Assembly: GCA_021734025.1 (NCBI GenBank)
Contig: JAIPJS010000003.1
Location: 92,332-156,331 of the forward strand
Source: Fidelibacterota bacterium
GTDB taxonomy: Bacteria; Fidelibacterota; JAANXI01
Length of the DNA: 64,000 bases
Reading direction: 5' to 3'
Part shown: positions 19,395 through 29,821 of the stretch, piece by piece
Layout of the letters: each line of letters begins with the position of its first letter
How positions within the stretch are numbered: the first letter of the stretch is position 1
Translations under genes and position numbers: made by a program
The notes under the pieces: model-generated
Told to the model about the DNA's origin: nothing
The model's database searches: none
What the model saw: the letters and a program-made list of their open reading frames with translations, nothing else

Positions 19395-20321
19395 GTGAGT
19401 AGTACCCAAAAATATCGTGGATTTCGACTGCCCCGGAAGCAGTATATTACGGAGAGAATCATTCGGGGCCTGCTGTTTGGAAGCGGAATTCTCTCCATCT
19501 TTGTAACGATCAGCATTGTGGTTATCCTGGTCCTGGAATCGTCTAAATTTTTTGGCTATGAAGATGTGAGTCTGATCAAATTCCTGACAGATACCCAGTG
19601 GACCCCGTTATTTGCAGACAAGCACTTCGGTATTATGCCGCTGCTAGTCGGAACGCTGATGGTGGCATTTATCGCCTTACTGGTGGCGCTGCCGCTGGGA
19701 TTGTTGAGTGCCATCTATCTGAGCGAATATGCCAAGCGTAACGTGCGATCGTTTTTAAAACCTCTGTTAGAGATTCTGGCGGGGATTCCGACAGTTGTAT
19801 ACGGATATTTTGCGCTGGTGACTGTCACGCCTTTCCTGCAGAAACTGATTCCGGGACTGGGCGTCTTTAATGCGTTGAGCGCCGGAATGGTGATGGGAAT
19901 TATGATTCTGCCGATGGTCTCCTCATTAAGCGAGGATGCCATTCGGGTGGTACCGCAGAGCCTCCGGAATGCATCAACTGCATTGGGTGCAACGAAGTTC
20001 GAGACCACAACGAAGGTGGTGGTCCCTGCGAGCCTGTCGGGAATCGTCTCGGCATTTATTCTGGCGGCATCCCGGGCCATCGGTGAAACGATGATCGTTG
20101 CCATTGCCGCCGGGATGAACCCCACACTTACGTTTAGCCCGTTCAATTCCGTAGAGACGATGACCGCGTATATCGTCCAGGTGAGTCTGGGGGATACTCC
20201 GGTGGGGACGCTGGAATACCAGAGCCTGTTTGCTGTGGGTATGGCGCTGTTTGTAATGACACTGTTCTTTAACCTTATCTCTCATTTAGTAGTGAAGCGC
20301 TACCGGGAGGTGTACCAATGA
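19395..20321 (+). CDS. pstC: Phosphate ABC transporter permease
   Basis: [22 protein letters not shown]. Confidence 0.95.
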   Translation: MSSTQKYRGFRLPRKQYITERIIRGLLFGSGILSIFVTISIVVILVLESSKFFGYEDVSLIKFLTDTQWTPLFADKHFGIMPLLVGTLMVAFIALLVALPLGLLSAIYLSEYAKRNVRSFLKPLLEILAGIPTVVYGYFALVTVTPFLQKLIPGLGVFNALSAGMVMGIMILPMVSSLSEDAIRVVPQSLRNASTALGATKFETTTKVVVPASLSGIVSAFILAASRAIGETMIVAIAAGMNPTLTFSPFNSVETMTAYIVQVSLGDTPVGTLEYQSLFAVGMALFVMTLFFNLISHLVVKRYREVYQ

Positions 20322-21313
20322 GCAGTCTCAATATTTCCAGCAGAGAAAATCAGGAATTGTTTCCCGGAAAACCCACCAGATCCCTGGGAGAGAATAACTC
20401 CACCATTGAAAGGAGCCACCGGTATGGCACCATATTTAAATGGGTGGCGGTAGGGGCAGCCTCCATTGCTGTGGCCGTGCTAGCAGTGTTGCTGTTTGAC
20501 ATCTTCACCGATGGTGCCGGGAGGGTTAACTGGGAATTTTTCCAGAACTATCCATCCAGGCATCCGGAAGGAGCTGGTATCAAATCGGCGCTATACGGGA
20601 GCATCTGGGTCATTGTATTCACTGTAATCATTTCGCTGCCGTTGGGAATTGGCGCGGCGTTCTACCTGGAGGAGTTCGCCCCCAAAAACCGGCTGACGGA
20701 GATCATCAACATCAATATTGCGAATCTGGCGGCTGTGCCCTCCATTGTATACGGTATCCTGGGACTGGCGCTCTTTGTTAGAGCATTTTCCCTGGGACGC
20801 TCGGTGCTGGCAGGCGCGTTTACCATGGGGCTGTTGATTCTACCCATCATCATTATTGCTTCCAGAGAAGCCATACGTGGTGTGCCGAGCTCTGTCCGGG
20901 AGGCATCGATGGGGTTGGGAGCCACCAAATGGCAGACCGTGCGGCATCATGTCTTCCCGCAGGCGTTTCCCGGCATCCTGACCGGAACGATCCTGGCACT
21001 GTCCCGCGCAGTGGGGGAGACGGCGCCGCTGATTATGATTGGCGCGCTGACCTTTGTTCCCTTCGTCCCGGGGAACATTGAATCGTTGTCAGATGTGCTT
21101 TCCGATCCGCTGGCGCTCATCACCTTTGCGCCGTTCGATGGATTCACCGTGCTCCCGATCCAGATTTTTAACTGGGTCTCGCGGCCGGAAGCTGCTTTCC
21201 ATGTGGCAGCCGCGGCAGCAATTGTGGTGCTCCTTGCGATACTACTCTCTATGAATGCACTGGCAATTTTTCTCCGCTATCGATTTGAGAAGAAAGGACC
21301 GCAGAACCGATGA
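20318..21313 (+). CDS. pstA: Phosphate ABC transporter permease
   Basis: [29 protein letters not shown]. Confidence 0.95.
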   Translation: MSSLNISSRENQELFPGKPTRSLGENNSTIERSHRYGTIFKWVAVGAASIAVAVLAVLLFDIFTDGAGRVNWEFFQNYPSRHPEGAGIKSALYGSIWVIVFTVIISLPLGIGAAFYLEEFAPKNRLTEIININIANLAAVPSIVYGILGLALFVRAFSLGRSVLAGAFTMGLLILPIIIIASREAIRGVPSSVREASMGLGATKWQTVRHHVFPQAFPGILTGTILALSRAVGETAPLIMIGALTFVPFVPGNIESLSDVLSDPLALITFAPFDGFTVLPIQIFNWVSRPEAAFHVAAAAAIVVLLAILLSMNALAIFLRYRFEKKGPQNR

Positions 21314-22116
21314 ACGAAGCGCTCATTGCCAACGAAGGATTTGACGGCGCAACTGAAAAAATGGAGAGCATTAACCTATCGGTCTCCTATGGTGATGACC
21401 CTGCCATCAGTGAGGTTTCGATGAAGGTATACGAAAACGCCATTACGGCGTTAATTGGTCCGAGCGGATGCGGGAAAAGTACTCTTCTGCGAAGCTTTAA
21501 CCGGATGAATGAATTGATACCGGGGGTGAAGATAGACGGACAAGTGCTTTTTCATGGAGAGGACCTGTATGCCAAAGATGTCGATCCTGTTGCGGTGCGC
21601 CGACGGATTGGTATGGTCTTCCAGAAACCGAATCCATTTCCCAAATCCATCTATGATAATGTGGCGTTTGGACCTCGAATTTATGGGTATCAGGGTAACA
21701 TGGATGCCTTGGTGGAAGAATCGCTGAAGTCGGCGGCTCTCTGGGACGAGGTTAAAGATAAACTGGACAGTAACGGGCTGGAACTCTCCGGTGGCCAGCA
21801 GCAGCGGCTCTGCATCGCCCGGACCATAGCGGTAAAGCCGGAAGTTATTCTTATGGACGAACCGACCTCAGCCCTTGATCCGATAGCGGCCGGTAAAATT
21901 GAAGATCTGTTGCAAGAGCTCAAAAAAGAATATACAATACTTATTGTGACCCATAACATGCAGCAGGCAGCCCGAGTGAGTGACCTGACGGCGTTTATGA
22001 TGATTGAGGAAGAACGCCGGACGGGAGTATTAGTAGAATACAACCGAACGAATGAACTCTTTACCAATCCGATAGTCCAGAGTACCCAGGATTATATTAC
22101 CGGACGATTCGGCTAA
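21310..22116 (+). CDS. pstB: Phosphate ABC transporter ATPase
   Basis: [40 protein letters not shown]. Confidence 0.96.
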   Translation: MNEALIANEGFDGATEKMESINLSVSYGDDPAISEVSMKVYENAITALIGPSGCGKSTLLRSFNRMNELIPGVKIDGQVLFHGEDLYAKDVDPVAVRRRIGMVFQKPNPFPKSIYDNVAFGPRIYGYQGNMDALVEESLKSAALWDEVKDKLDSNGLELSGGQQQRLCIARTIAVKPEVILMDEPTSALDPIAAGKIEDLLQELKKEYTILIVTHNMQQAARVSDLTAFMMIEEERRTGVLVEYNRTNELFTNPIVQSTQDYITGRFG

Positions 22117-22135
22117 TAGAGCGCAGGAGCAATCT

Positions 22136-22807
22136 ATGACAAAACGTTTTGTCAGAGAACTGGAACGGCTCCGGGATCTTCTCCTGGAGATGGGGAGTCT
22201 GGTTGAAGACCAGATCAACGGGATGATTAAGGCGCTGATGACCCGGGACAAAGATCTGGCCAGAGAACTCATTGAAAAAGATAAAGAGATCGATGACCTG
22301 GAAATTAAGATTGACCAGCTCTGCGAGGAAATTATCGCGTTGTCTCAACCGGTGGCATCCGACTTGCGTCTTATTGTCGCCGGATTTAAAATGAGTAACG
22401 ACCTGGAGCGCATGGGGGATCAGGCGAAGAATATCGGCATACAGGTCGTACATATGAAACCGGTGGACGAATCCACCCTTAAGAAAATGCGGTTGGACGT
22501 GATGACGTCTTTTGTGGAGGACATGGTCACCGACGCGCTGGATGCCTTCGTCCACGGCGATGCACCCCAGGCAAAGAGTGTGTGCGATATGGATGATGAA
22601 GTCGATAACATCAATCTCTACCTGATGAAAAAATTCGGTGACGAGGATGGGTTCGGGCTCTCCGACGCCCAGCGGGTTAACCTGCTGATTATTGTGCAAA
22701 ATCTGGAGCGGATCGGCGACCTTGCAACAAATATCGCTGAAGATGTAATCTTCCTGGTGAAAGCGAAAGTTATTAAACATGGATATGAAGAATTTGATGA
22801 ATCCTGA
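22136..22807 (+). CDS. phoU: Phosphate signalling protein PhoU
   Basis: QPVASDLR, DLERMGD, LERIGDLATNIAE. Confidence 0.95.
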   Translation: MTKRFVRELERLRDLLLEMGSLVEDQINGMIKALMTRDKDLARELIEKDKEIDDLEIKIDQLCEEIIALSQPVASDLRLIVAGFKMSNDLERMGDQAKNIGIQVVHMKPVDESTLKKMRLDVMTSFVEDMVTDALDAFVHGDAPQAKSVCDMDDEVDNINLYLMKKFGDEDGFGLSDAQRVNLLIIVQNLERIGDLATNIAEDVIFLVKAKVIKHGYEEFDES

Positions 22808-22847
22808 ATCTTTTTTGGCTTCTTAATTTCTGTCAGTATTGCAGCGA

Positions 22848-24035
22848 ATGAATCAATTCCAACCTTTATTGGTTCGGCTTCATGACCACATTCGTTCATA
22901 TTTAAATGAGAATGCCTCCTTTTGTCCTGTAATCCTCACCGATCTTGAGGTTGACTTTGATAATTCTTTTGTAAGAAATACCCTTATTCCGGCAATGCGG
23001 TGGTTTCAGATAAAATATGGTATAAACCCGGGTTTTTTGGCTTCCGGGAGGAATACCAGCGATGGCAAAATTTTAAAATCGCTGGAAAAACACTCGGGAC
23101 CATTCCGGCTCCAAATAGATAAGAACTTGATAATTAATCGGGACACCCTTTCGTCTAGCCCGGAAGACTATCTCAGGAATCAGGGATACCAGGCGATTGT
23201 GTGGATTGGCGAAGGTGGTCCGGTTGAAGATGAACATCAGTTGATAATAACACCGGAGGAGATTTCGCGCGCCGCTGGTGGAAATTATGGGCTCTCCCAG
23301 ATAATTACCGAGCAGGATTTGCCGGACAGTATTTTGTATTGCTGGCATGGTATCAACGATTACGAAAATCTACGTCGGTTTTTGGACTCTTCAGTTCAGT
23401 GGGGAGAAGTTGACGTTCGTGTTGACCCGGAATCCGGAGAGCTTATCTCCCGACACGATAGTCTCGCCAGATCGCCTAGGTTTAGTAATGAGGAATTTCT
23501 GACACTCCGGGAATCGCTGGTTAGATTTAAAAAAAATGATCGCGGCGTGAAAGTTGACCTCAAGATGGGTGGTGCGGTAGTTGCGGAGACCCTCAAACTT
23601 CTAAAATCACTGGGATTCTCCGCAGAGGAGGTATGGTTTCATGCAGATATCCAGGTCATCGGAATTCGTGGATTTAACTCACTCGTTACGACGTACCCGT
23701 ATGCTATGGTACAGACCACCATTGATCCGTTGGCGCCGTTTATTGCGGGAGTTCCGCCATTCGGCAAATGGATGTTGCGTTTTGCGAGACACTGGGGCGT
23801 GAACCGGTTTCTCCAGACGTGGAAAAGCCGGTACCGGGTACGGGTTTTGGAGAGGATGGAGAGATGGGGATTACCGGTAAACCTGTACCAGATCCCTGAT
23901 CTGGAGGAATTCCTGAAGGCCGTACTCCTGCTGCCGTCCTCAATTACCACCGATTTTAATTTTCCGGAATGGGGATATTACGGTCGGGGTTCCGGGCAGA
24001 ATCTGCAGTGGCATGAATACCCGGATCACTGTTGA
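22848..24035 (+). CDS. FAM151/Menorin (DUF2181)-like PLC-type phosphodiesterase domain with unknown N-terminal domain
   Basis: WHGIND, WGEVDVR, SRHD, GVKVDLK, VWFHAD and C-terminal SITTDFNFPEW motifs of the TIM-barrel PDE fold. Confidence 0.65.
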   Translation: MNQFQPLLVRLHDHIRSYLNENASFCPVILTDLEVDFDNSFVRNTLIPAMRWFQIKYGINPGFLASGRNTSDGKILKSLEKHSGPFRLQIDKNLIINRDTLSSSPEDYLRNQGYQAIVWIGEGGPVEDEHQLIITPEEISRAAGGNYGLSQIITEQDLPDSILYCWHGINDYENLRRFLDSSVQWGEVDVRVDPESGELISRHDSLARSPRFSNEEFLTLRESLVRFKKNDRGVKVDLKMGGAVVAETLKLLKSLGFSAEEVWFHADIQVIGIRGFNSLVTTYPYAMVQTTIDPLAPFIAGVPPFGKWMLRFARHWGVNRFLQTWKSRYRVRVLERMERWGLPVNLYQIPDLEEFLKAVLLLPSSITTDFNFPEWGYYGRGSGQNLQWHEYPDHC

Positions 24036-24193
24036 GGTTTTTTTCGCCCGCCAATTTATAGGTGGGTGCCAGGGACGCCCAATCATTCCTTTTGATAATA
24101 GCTGAAAATTTTCTCCGCCATCCGGCTTGATAGGTTCTGCAATTCTCTCTAAATTAAGTAATTTTAAAATACCAAGTGCAGGAGATCTCGAAA

Positions 24194-25717
24194 ATGCGAA
24201 ATGTGACATTGATAATTATGGACGGATTGGGGTTGCGGGAAGATGAAGAGGGTAATGCCGTCGCCAAATCCGGGGTTCCCCATCTCAAGCGATATATGAA
24301 GGAGTATCCTATGGTGCCAATCAGCGGTTCGGGGACCGACGTCGGGCTTCCTGATGGCATTATGGGAAACTCGGAAGTCGGCCACATGAATATCGGTGCC
24401 GGCCGGGTAATTCCACAGGATGTGGTGCGGATATCCAAGGCAGCTCAGGAGGGCGACCTGGCGGATAATGACACCATTCGAGCCCAGTTGAATCATGTAA
24501 AGGAACACAACTCGGCCTGGCATCTCATCGGATTACTTTCTGACGGTCAGGTACACAGCTATAACAAGCATGTCTATGCCTTGCTTAAGGTTGCCAAAGA
24601 TGCCGGAGTTGAGGACGTCTATATCCATTGTTTTATGGACGGCCGTGATACGTCGCCTACCGGGGGGAAGGACTACCTCGCCGAACTCCAGGCACAGATC
24701 GACGAAATCGGCGTCGGAACCATTGCGTCGGTGATCGGGCGCTATTACGCCATGGATCGCGATAACCGGTGGTCGCGAACGGAAAAGGCTTACCGTCTGC
24801 TCACATATGGCGAGGGCAATGAAGCCTCCGATCCGGTGGAAGCGGTAAAACAATCTTACGATGAAGACGTGACGGACGAATTTTTGCAGCCCATCGTTAT
24901 AATGCGGGACGGCGAACCAGTGGCAACGATTGATGACAAAGACGCTGTCTTCGGATTTAACTATCGTGCTGATCGGATGCGCCAGATTACAAAAGCGTTT
25001 ACGCTTCCGGATTTTGAGCCGTTCGACCTGAAAAATATGGATATCAATTACGCTACGATGACTCAATATGACGAAGAATTTGACCTGCCAGTTGCGTTTC
25101 CACCCATCCACACTGAACAAGTGCTTGGGGAAATTATCGCCAATCGGGGTTTGAACCAGCTGCGGATAAGTGAAACGGAAAAATATGCGCATGTGACCTA
25201 CTTTATGAATTGCGGCCGGGAAGAGCCGTTTGCGAACGAAGACCGGGTCTTGATCCCGTCTCCCGACGTAGCGACGTATGATCTACAGCCCGAGATGAGC
25301 TGCCCGGAAGTGACGGAACAGGTCCTGGAAGCCCTGGACAGCGAGAAATATTCCCTCATTATTATGAACTATCCCAACCCGGACATGGTAGGCCACAGTG
25401 GCGATATCGAGGCCACAACGAAGGCCGTCACAACTGTTGACGAAGCGGTTAACCGGGTTGTGGAAAAAATCCTCGAACAAGACGGAATTGCCATTCTAAC
25501 AGCTGATCACGGTAATTCAGAGCAACTTATTGACGAAAATGGTGGACTCCACACCTCGCATACCACGAATCCTGTCCCGTTTATCGTTATCGATAAGCAC
25601 AAAAAACATACCCTGCGGGAGGGGGGCCGGTTAAGCGATATCGCCCCGACCATTCTCAGGTTAATGGAAATTGAACAGCCCGAGGAAATGACCGGCACCT
25701 CACTGGTCACTGATTAA
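24194..25717 (+). CDS. gpmI: 2,3-bisphosphoglycerate-independent phosphoglycerate mutase
   Basis: IIMDG, MGNSEVGH, MDGRDT, GRYYAMDRD, ETEKYAHVT, DMVGH, TADHGN. Confidence 0.97.
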   Translation: MRNVTLIIMDGLGLREDEEGNAVAKSGVPHLKRYMKEYPMVPISGSGTDVGLPDGIMGNSEVGHMNIGAGRVIPQDVVRISKAAQEGDLADNDTIRAQLNHVKEHNSAWHLIGLLSDGQVHSYNKHVYALLKVAKDAGVEDVYIHCFMDGRDTSPTGGKDYLAELQAQIDEIGVGTIASVIGRYYAMDRDNRWSRTEKAYRLLTYGEGNEASDPVEAVKQSYDEDVTDEFLQPIVIMRDGEPVATIDDKDAVFGFNYRADRMRQITKAFTLPDFEPFDLKNMDINYATMTQYDEEFDLPVAFPPIHTEQVLGEIIANRGLNQLRISETEKYAHVTYFMNCGREEPFANEDRVLIPSPDVATYDLQPEMSCPEVTEQVLEALDSEKYSLIIMNYPNPDMVGHSGDIEATTKAVTTVDEAVNRVVEKILEQDGIAILTADHGNSEQLIDENGGLHTSHTTNPVPFIVIDKHKKHTLREGGRLSDIAPTILRLMEIEQPEEMTGTSLVTD

Positions 25718-25719
25718 AT

Positions 25720-26706
25720 ATGACACAGGACGAGACAACTGCTCTCCTGGAATCTCTTCAGGATTTTCAGGGAAAAAATATCGCCGTCGTCGGTGACGTA
25801 ATGGTGGATATTTACCACCGCGGGACAGTCAATCGCATTTCACCGGAAGCACCGGTCCCGGTGGTCAGTATTGACAGCGTTGAGCACCATCCCGGTGGAG
25901 CAGCAAATGTCGCCATGAATTTGAAAGCGCTCGGCGCCGAAGTCGATTTGTTGGGCGTGACGGGTGAAGATGTCAATGGCGATGTGTTAATGAGTCTCCT
26001 CAGAGAGGCCGGTATCCGGATTGACGGTTGTGTTTCCGATCCGGACAGACCGACTACGGCAAAAACCCGTGTTATTGCCGGATCGCAGCATGTAGTCAGG
26101 ACCGATCTCGAGACGACCAACATATTATCTGATCGACACCGTGAGGCCCTGGTAGAATTTTTAAAGGCCGGATTGTCCAAGTATGATGCCGTGATCTTAC
26201 AGGATTACAACAAAGGTGTCCTCCAGCCGGATACTATCAGGACAATAATCAAAACCTGTCGTTCCAACGATGTAATCGTAACGGTGGATCCGAAATTTCA
26301 GCACTTTTTTGAGTATCGGAATGCTACGATGGTCAAACCGAATCTCAAAGAAGTAGAAAGCGTGCTGGGTCGAACCGTTCAGACGGACGGACAGATTGCC
26401 GACGCCGGTAAAGAGCTCATCGAATCTCTGGAATCGGATTATTTGCTCGTGACATTGGGGGCGAGAGGTATGGAACTCTTTGCAAGGTATGATACCTTTG
26501 AACGGTTTCCGACACAGGCAAAAAAGGTGGCCGATGTTTCCGGCGCAGGCGATACGGTGATTGCGACAGTTACGCTTGCCCTGGCAGCCGGCTCGGATCC
26601 GAAAACGGCGGCTATCCTTGGCAATATCGCTGCCGGCAGAGTTTGTGAAGAGGTTGGGATCGTCCCGATAACTGTTGAGACTTTGCGGAACAGTATTTCC
26701 GGGTAA
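25720..26706 (+). CDS. rfaE1: D-glycero-beta-D-manno-heptose-7-phosphate kinase (RfaE domain I)
   Basis: RISPEAPVPV, GGAANVA, QDYNKG, DVSGAGDTV. Confidence 0.92.
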   Translation: MTQDETTALLESLQDFQGKNIAVVGDVMVDIYHRGTVNRISPEAPVPVVSIDSVEHHPGGAANVAMNLKALGAEVDLLGVTGEDVNGDVLMSLLREAGIRIDGCVSDPDRPTTAKTRVIAGSQHVVRTDLETTNILSDRHREALVEFLKAGLSKYDAVILQDYNKGVLQPDTIRTIIKTCRSNDVIVTVDPKFQHFFEYRNATMVKPNLKEVESVLGRTVQTDGQIADAGKELIESLESDYLLVTLGARGMELFARYDTFERFPTQAKKVADVSGAGDTVIATVTLALAAGSDPKTAAILGNIAAGRVCEEVGIVPITVETLRNSISG

Positions 26707-26817
26707 ACGTACACAGGTTGCACAAATAGCGCATTCTGAGAGGGACTTTCTGCTTTGCACTTCCCTCTGTGGTGCATAATTTCGGATAAAAGTTAACCGT
26801 CGCATTTACAATTATAT

Positions 26818-28485
26818 ATGACGCATACTAAAATCATCCTTGTTTTCGTTGGCCTCTTTGTATTTCATTCCACCGCTATCTGGGGTCAATCCGAACGGGC
26901 CGCCCGATATGAGCCCGGAGACTGGATTACCTACGGTAATTTTCACTATATCACCGGTTTTGCCAAAGGGGATAATCAATTCTTTATCGGGACTACACAC
27001 GGAGTACTTCGATATGATCAGTTGTCCCGGGAGTGGAAATATCCGTATACCGCCGGGAGTGGTTTGTCCGATAGTTATGTCTTGAACGTCCAATATGTGG
27101 ATTCCAACCAAAAATTATGGGTTTTTACGCGGGGAGGAGTGGATGTCATATCCCTGGTGACCAATCGTTGGGAGCATATCGAAAATACGGAACACATCCT
27201 TCGATCAGACGTCCGGCGAGTAACGGTTCGAAACTCAGGACAGGATGTGTATGTTGTCAATGGAGCCAATCGTGTCTACCGAATCAATAAGTTCACACAT
27301 TACGTCAGGGAAATTGAGAATTTGCCCTCGAATATCGGATCGGATACCCAGGCAATTCCGAATCCGTTACCGCTGTACAACCTGAACGGACCGTGGATAA
27401 TCGATCGCAATACGAACCGGCTGGAGGATGACAATTTCCGGGAATATCCCTTTACTTCGATGGTCAGGGATTCACGCCAGCAAACCTGGTTGGGAACCTG
27501 GGGAGCGGGGTTTATCCGGGCAGATGCCACCTCCAAAGTGGGACGAGTGTGGCGTATTGGTCCAATTAGCAACGCGGTCGGAGCCATGTATAAAGATGGG
27601 GAGCAGTTCTGGTTCGGCGGAGCGCAGTCTCGTTATTCAGGGCCGCCCTCAATCGAAGGTGAACCGGGCATCTCCTACTGGGATATGGACCGGGATGAGT
27701 GGCACCATTGGCGTCAGAATGAAGAATATCGTATCAATGACGCAACTATTTATAATATCGACGGAGACGAGCACAGTGTATGGTTTGGGACAGAACGCGG
27801 CCTCCTGCATTACAGTAAGGAAAAATCCCGGTGGATGAATATTTCCAACTCATCGCTTGGATCCCATCAAGTGTACGAGGTGCTTGTTCAGGATACCTCC
27901 GTCTGGGTGGCCTCCCGATCCGGACTGTACCGTGTAAGCAATCCCACCGGGGGATTTACAGAGAATATCTCCATCCTGAAAGAGCGCATGATAGGAGTAT
28001 ACGCGTTGGCTCGAATCAACAATATACTTTATGCCGGAACAGATAATGGATTAGTTGAGTTAGATTTGGCAACTATGGAAATGAAATATTACGACCGGAA
28101 CGGCAATTATGTCCCTGCGGAAAAATTCAGTGAATTTCGGGTGTATGCTATCGCAGCTGGGAAAAACAATGTATATTATGCCAACGATTTTGGATTATTT
28201 GAACTGAATCTCGTATCGAAATCGGTGCAAGAACTCCCGAAAATCGGTATTTACGCCCGGTCAATTCCACGAAAAATTGAAGTGGGCCCTGGTGGAGTAT
28301 GGGTGGCTTTCGATGATGGGTTGGGCCAGTACAACCCGGAAAACCGGGAATGGGAATACTTCACACGCGAGGACGGATTGGCCTCGAACCTGGTTTATGA
28401 TATCGTTCCTGAAAACGAGTATATTTGGATTGCTACTCACCAGGGTGTGACGCGATTCAATCCATCAAATCTCAACTTACGATAG
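26818..28485 (+). CDS. Secreted beta-propeller protein (two-component-regulator/PorZ-like repeats)
   Basis: Signal peptide; repeated WFGTERGL / WVASRSGL / WIATHQGV / DGLASN blades. Confidence 0.75.
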   Translation: MTHTKIILVFVGLFVFHSTAIWGQSERAARYEPGDWITYGNFHYITGFAKGDNQFFIGTTHGVLRYDQLSREWKYPYTAGSGLSDSYVLNVQYVDSNQKLWVFTRGGVDVISLVTNRWEHIENTEHILRSDVRRVTVRNSGQDVYVVNGANRVYRINKFTHYVREIENLPSNIGSDTQAIPNPLPLYNLNGPWIIDRNTNRLEDDNFREYPFTSMVRDSRQQTWLGTWGAGFIRADATSKVGRVWRIGPISNAVGAMYKDGEQFWFGGAQSRYSGPPSIEGEPGISYWDMDRDEWHHWRQNEEYRINDATIYNIDGDEHSVWFGTERGLLHYSKEKSRWMNISNSSLGSHQVYEVLVQDTSVWVASRSGLYRVSNPTGGFTENISILKERMIGVYALARINNILYAGTDNGLVELDLATMEMKYYDRNGNYVPAEKFSEFRVYAIAAGKNNVYYANDFGLFELNLVSKSVQELPKIGIYARSIPRKIEVGPGGVWVAFDDGLGQYNPENREWEYFTREDGLASNLVYDIVPENEYIWIATHQGVTRFNPSNLNLR

Positions 28486-28491
28486 AGAGCC

Positions 28492-29769
28492 ATGATGAGA
28501 GAACTCATATTGATTATATTAGGTGCTGGCGTCTTGTGTATTACAGCAACGGCATTTGGCCAGTTTGAGTCAAAGATGCGGGAACCAGGTACTCCGGTTT
28601 ACCATACTGAGGTCATCCGCTATCCTACTGCGAATGCAGATTCCAGTAGGATTACGGTCTATGTGAAGATGCCGTACGATAACCTGCAGTTCGTCAAATT
28701 TGATTCCGTGTACCGTGCAAAATATGAAATATCCCTGGTACTGTTTGACAGGGAAGGAATCCAGGCGGACAGCCGGATTGACCGGCAAAATATTGAAGTC
28801 GAGTCATTTGAGGCAACAAATCGTCAGGATATCTTTGACGTCTCCCAGTTTTCGTTCCAGCTCCATAATTCTGTGTACAAATTGAGTGTCGGTTTGATGG
28901 ATCTGGATACCCGGAAGACAACATATCGGAAACATACTATTGATTTAAAATCGTTTGGTGAGGGCGCAGTCCAGATTTCTGACTTACTCATTGTGGATCA
29001 AACAATAGGCCAATCTCCGGACAGCACGACCAGGTACGTCCCGAACGTCACCAATATTCTTGACGATAGCCAGAAGGATTTCTACTTATACTTTACAGTA
29101 GCCGGTAACGAAGGCCCGGCTTTTGTAAAGGCAGATATTCTGGATACGGATGGGAACAAGGTACAGTCACAGCGGGATACCATTTCAGTTTCTGCTGCCC
29201 CGACTGAAGTCTTGATGAAAATGCCTGGTGAGCATCTACGATACAATCGTTACAAGTATCGGGTCAGGTTTACGCAGGGGGACGAGGAGAGCGAGCGAAC
29301 CAAAGATTTCCGGGTCGGCTGGGTTGGCATGTCGAACTATATTTCCAACCTGGATAAAGCCATAGACCAAATGGTGTACATTATTTCATCGAAAAAAATA
29401 AATAATATGAAAAACGCCAAACCGGAAGAGAAAAAGCGTCTGTTTACCGAATATTGGGACCAGAAAGATCCATCGCCACAGACAGATGGTAATGAATTAA
29501 TGAATGAATATTTCCGTCGTGTAAGTTACGCCACCGAACAGTTTGGCTCCTCCATTCGGGAAGGCTGGCGTACGGACATGGGTATGGTCTATATTCTGTT
29601 CGGTACTCCCAACGATATTGAACGCCATCCATTTGATTTGGGGAACAAGCCGTATCAAATATGGTACTATTTTGATATCAATCGCCAGTTCGTGTTCGTT
29701 GATGATTCCGGTTTTGGAGATTATCGCCTTGTCACCCCCCTTTACGACACCCACCAATCGGCATTTTAA
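28492..29769 (+). CDS. GWxTD domain-containing secreted protein
   Basis: YWDQKDPSP, EYFRRV, GWRTDMGMVYILFGTP, QIWYY, FVFVD..GFGDY. Confidence 0.9.
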   Translation: MMRELILIILGAGVLCITATAFGQFESKMREPGTPVYHTEVIRYPTANADSSRITVYVKMPYDNLQFVKFDSVYRAKYEISLVLFDREGIQADSRIDRQNIEVESFEATNRQDIFDVSQFSFQLHNSVYKLSVGLMDLDTRKTTYRKHTIDLKSFGEGAVQISDLLIVDQTIGQSPDSTTRYVPNVTNILDDSQKDFYLYFTVAGNEGPAFVKADILDTDGNKVQSQRDTISVSAAPTEVLMKMPGEHLRYNRYKYRVRFTQGDEESERTKDFRVGWVGMSNYISNLDKAIDQMVYIISSKKINNMKNAKPEEKKRLFTEYWDQKDPSPQTDGNELMNEYFRRVSYATEQFGSSIREGWRTDMGMVYILFGTPNDIERHPFDLGNKPYQIWYYFDINRQFVFVDDSGFGDYRLVTPLYDTHQSAF

Positions 29770-29821
29770 ATACGGGATAATCTCTACACTCCGCAGATTT
29801 CACCATGCGGCACGGTAAGCC

